From the NCBI GenBank assembly GCA_026914245.1, contig CP110439.1, positions 2,542,001-2,606,000 of the forward strand: a stretch of 64,000 nucleotides of DNA, in the 5' to 3' direction. Both the position numbers and the translations under genes were made by a program. The notes beneath the pieces were generated by a model. It had not been told where the DNA came from. It worked only from the letters and a program-made list of their open reading frames with translations, and did no database searches. This stretch comes from Puccinia triticina (taxonomy: Eukaryota). Below are positions 63,191 to 64,000 of this stretch, one piece after another. How positions within the stretch are numbered: position 1 is the stretch's first letter; the number at the start of each line of letters is the position of its first letter.

Positions 63191-64000
63191 TGATGATATA
63201 GGGGAAAAGAACCTACAACTTCGATTATTATTGTAATATTTGATTATCTCCTCATGTGTGTCTGGTACCTCCTCAATATCCTATGAACATCAATCGTAAT
63301 CTTTTCATCCATTGTTGTTTGCAATATACAAGTTTACCAAATCAATGTGAGCACATTGAATTGAGAGAGACTGAACTTAGATATTAACAGGAAGGAGTCT
63401 GGCCCTGCAAGATCGGCGAATTTCAGCAGACATCAAGAGTCAGAGGCTGTGTGGTAGCTAACCACATCTATGAGCGTGATTCCAGAGTACCCAATGTTAA
63501 TCAGACAGGCTGAGGTTAGGAAAAACATCAATCCAGGAATTGCTGAGTCTTCAGTGCTGAGATCATGTCAGCGTATATAACTCTTCAATTTCAAGTAGGT
63601 GTGCAATCCCTCTCTGCTACACGAAGGTGGGTGGGACTGGGATCTTCAACTGTCAAATTGAATGGACACAAGTGTTTTTGGCTTACCTATGGGACATGTG
63701 TCATGGCTTTTTGGGGCGGGCTAAACGCATACCCCAAATTGCCAAGCACCCAACCAATGAAAAATAAACTTGTTTTCACATTTCTTCTGGTGACTTCCTG
63801 AATGATGAGATAAATGACGATAAAAATAAGACTATTATATGTACTGATTTTCTCAAGCTAACGTTCTTCTGTGAATCTTTCTCGAGCTCGTTCACGTTTT
63901 GTGCTTTTGACTAGATCGAGGATTGATTGTTTAACCAATTCTGATCGATTCTGCTCCAGTGCCCTGTTTTGTTCATATGAAGAATAAAATGAATAAAACA

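Overview
Eukaryotic, intron-containing, TE-rich fungal DNA; gene and TE content resemble a rust fungus (Pucciniales; inference, not verified). 1-13.1 kb is a nested transposon stack: a degenerate hAT transposase is hit by a Ty1/copia element and by a Gypsy solo LTR, and that solo LTR in turn holds a full-length 8.7-kb Ty3/Gypsy element. Host genes follow: a homeodomain factor, ERD2, an inositol polyphosphate 5-phosphatase, a DH-PH RhoGEF and GPI13/PIG-O. Downstream of GPI13 lie a P-loop NTPase with a predicted C-terminal PD-(D/E)xK nuclease, a 5.8-kb two-gene Tc1/IS630 element with ~360-bp TIRs, a displaced divergent copy of the GPI13 3' end, an apparently intact hAT element and a coiled-coil repeat gene. 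Main leads: (1) the order GPI13 / NTPase-nuclease / displaced GPI13 tail recalls a homing-type element that replaces its target's 3' end; (2) a 50-nt copy of mature tRNA-Tyr as the Gypsy PBS; (3) an AT-AC intron in the hAT transposase; (4) the symmetric two-gene Tc1 element. All alignments and splice models were made by eye.
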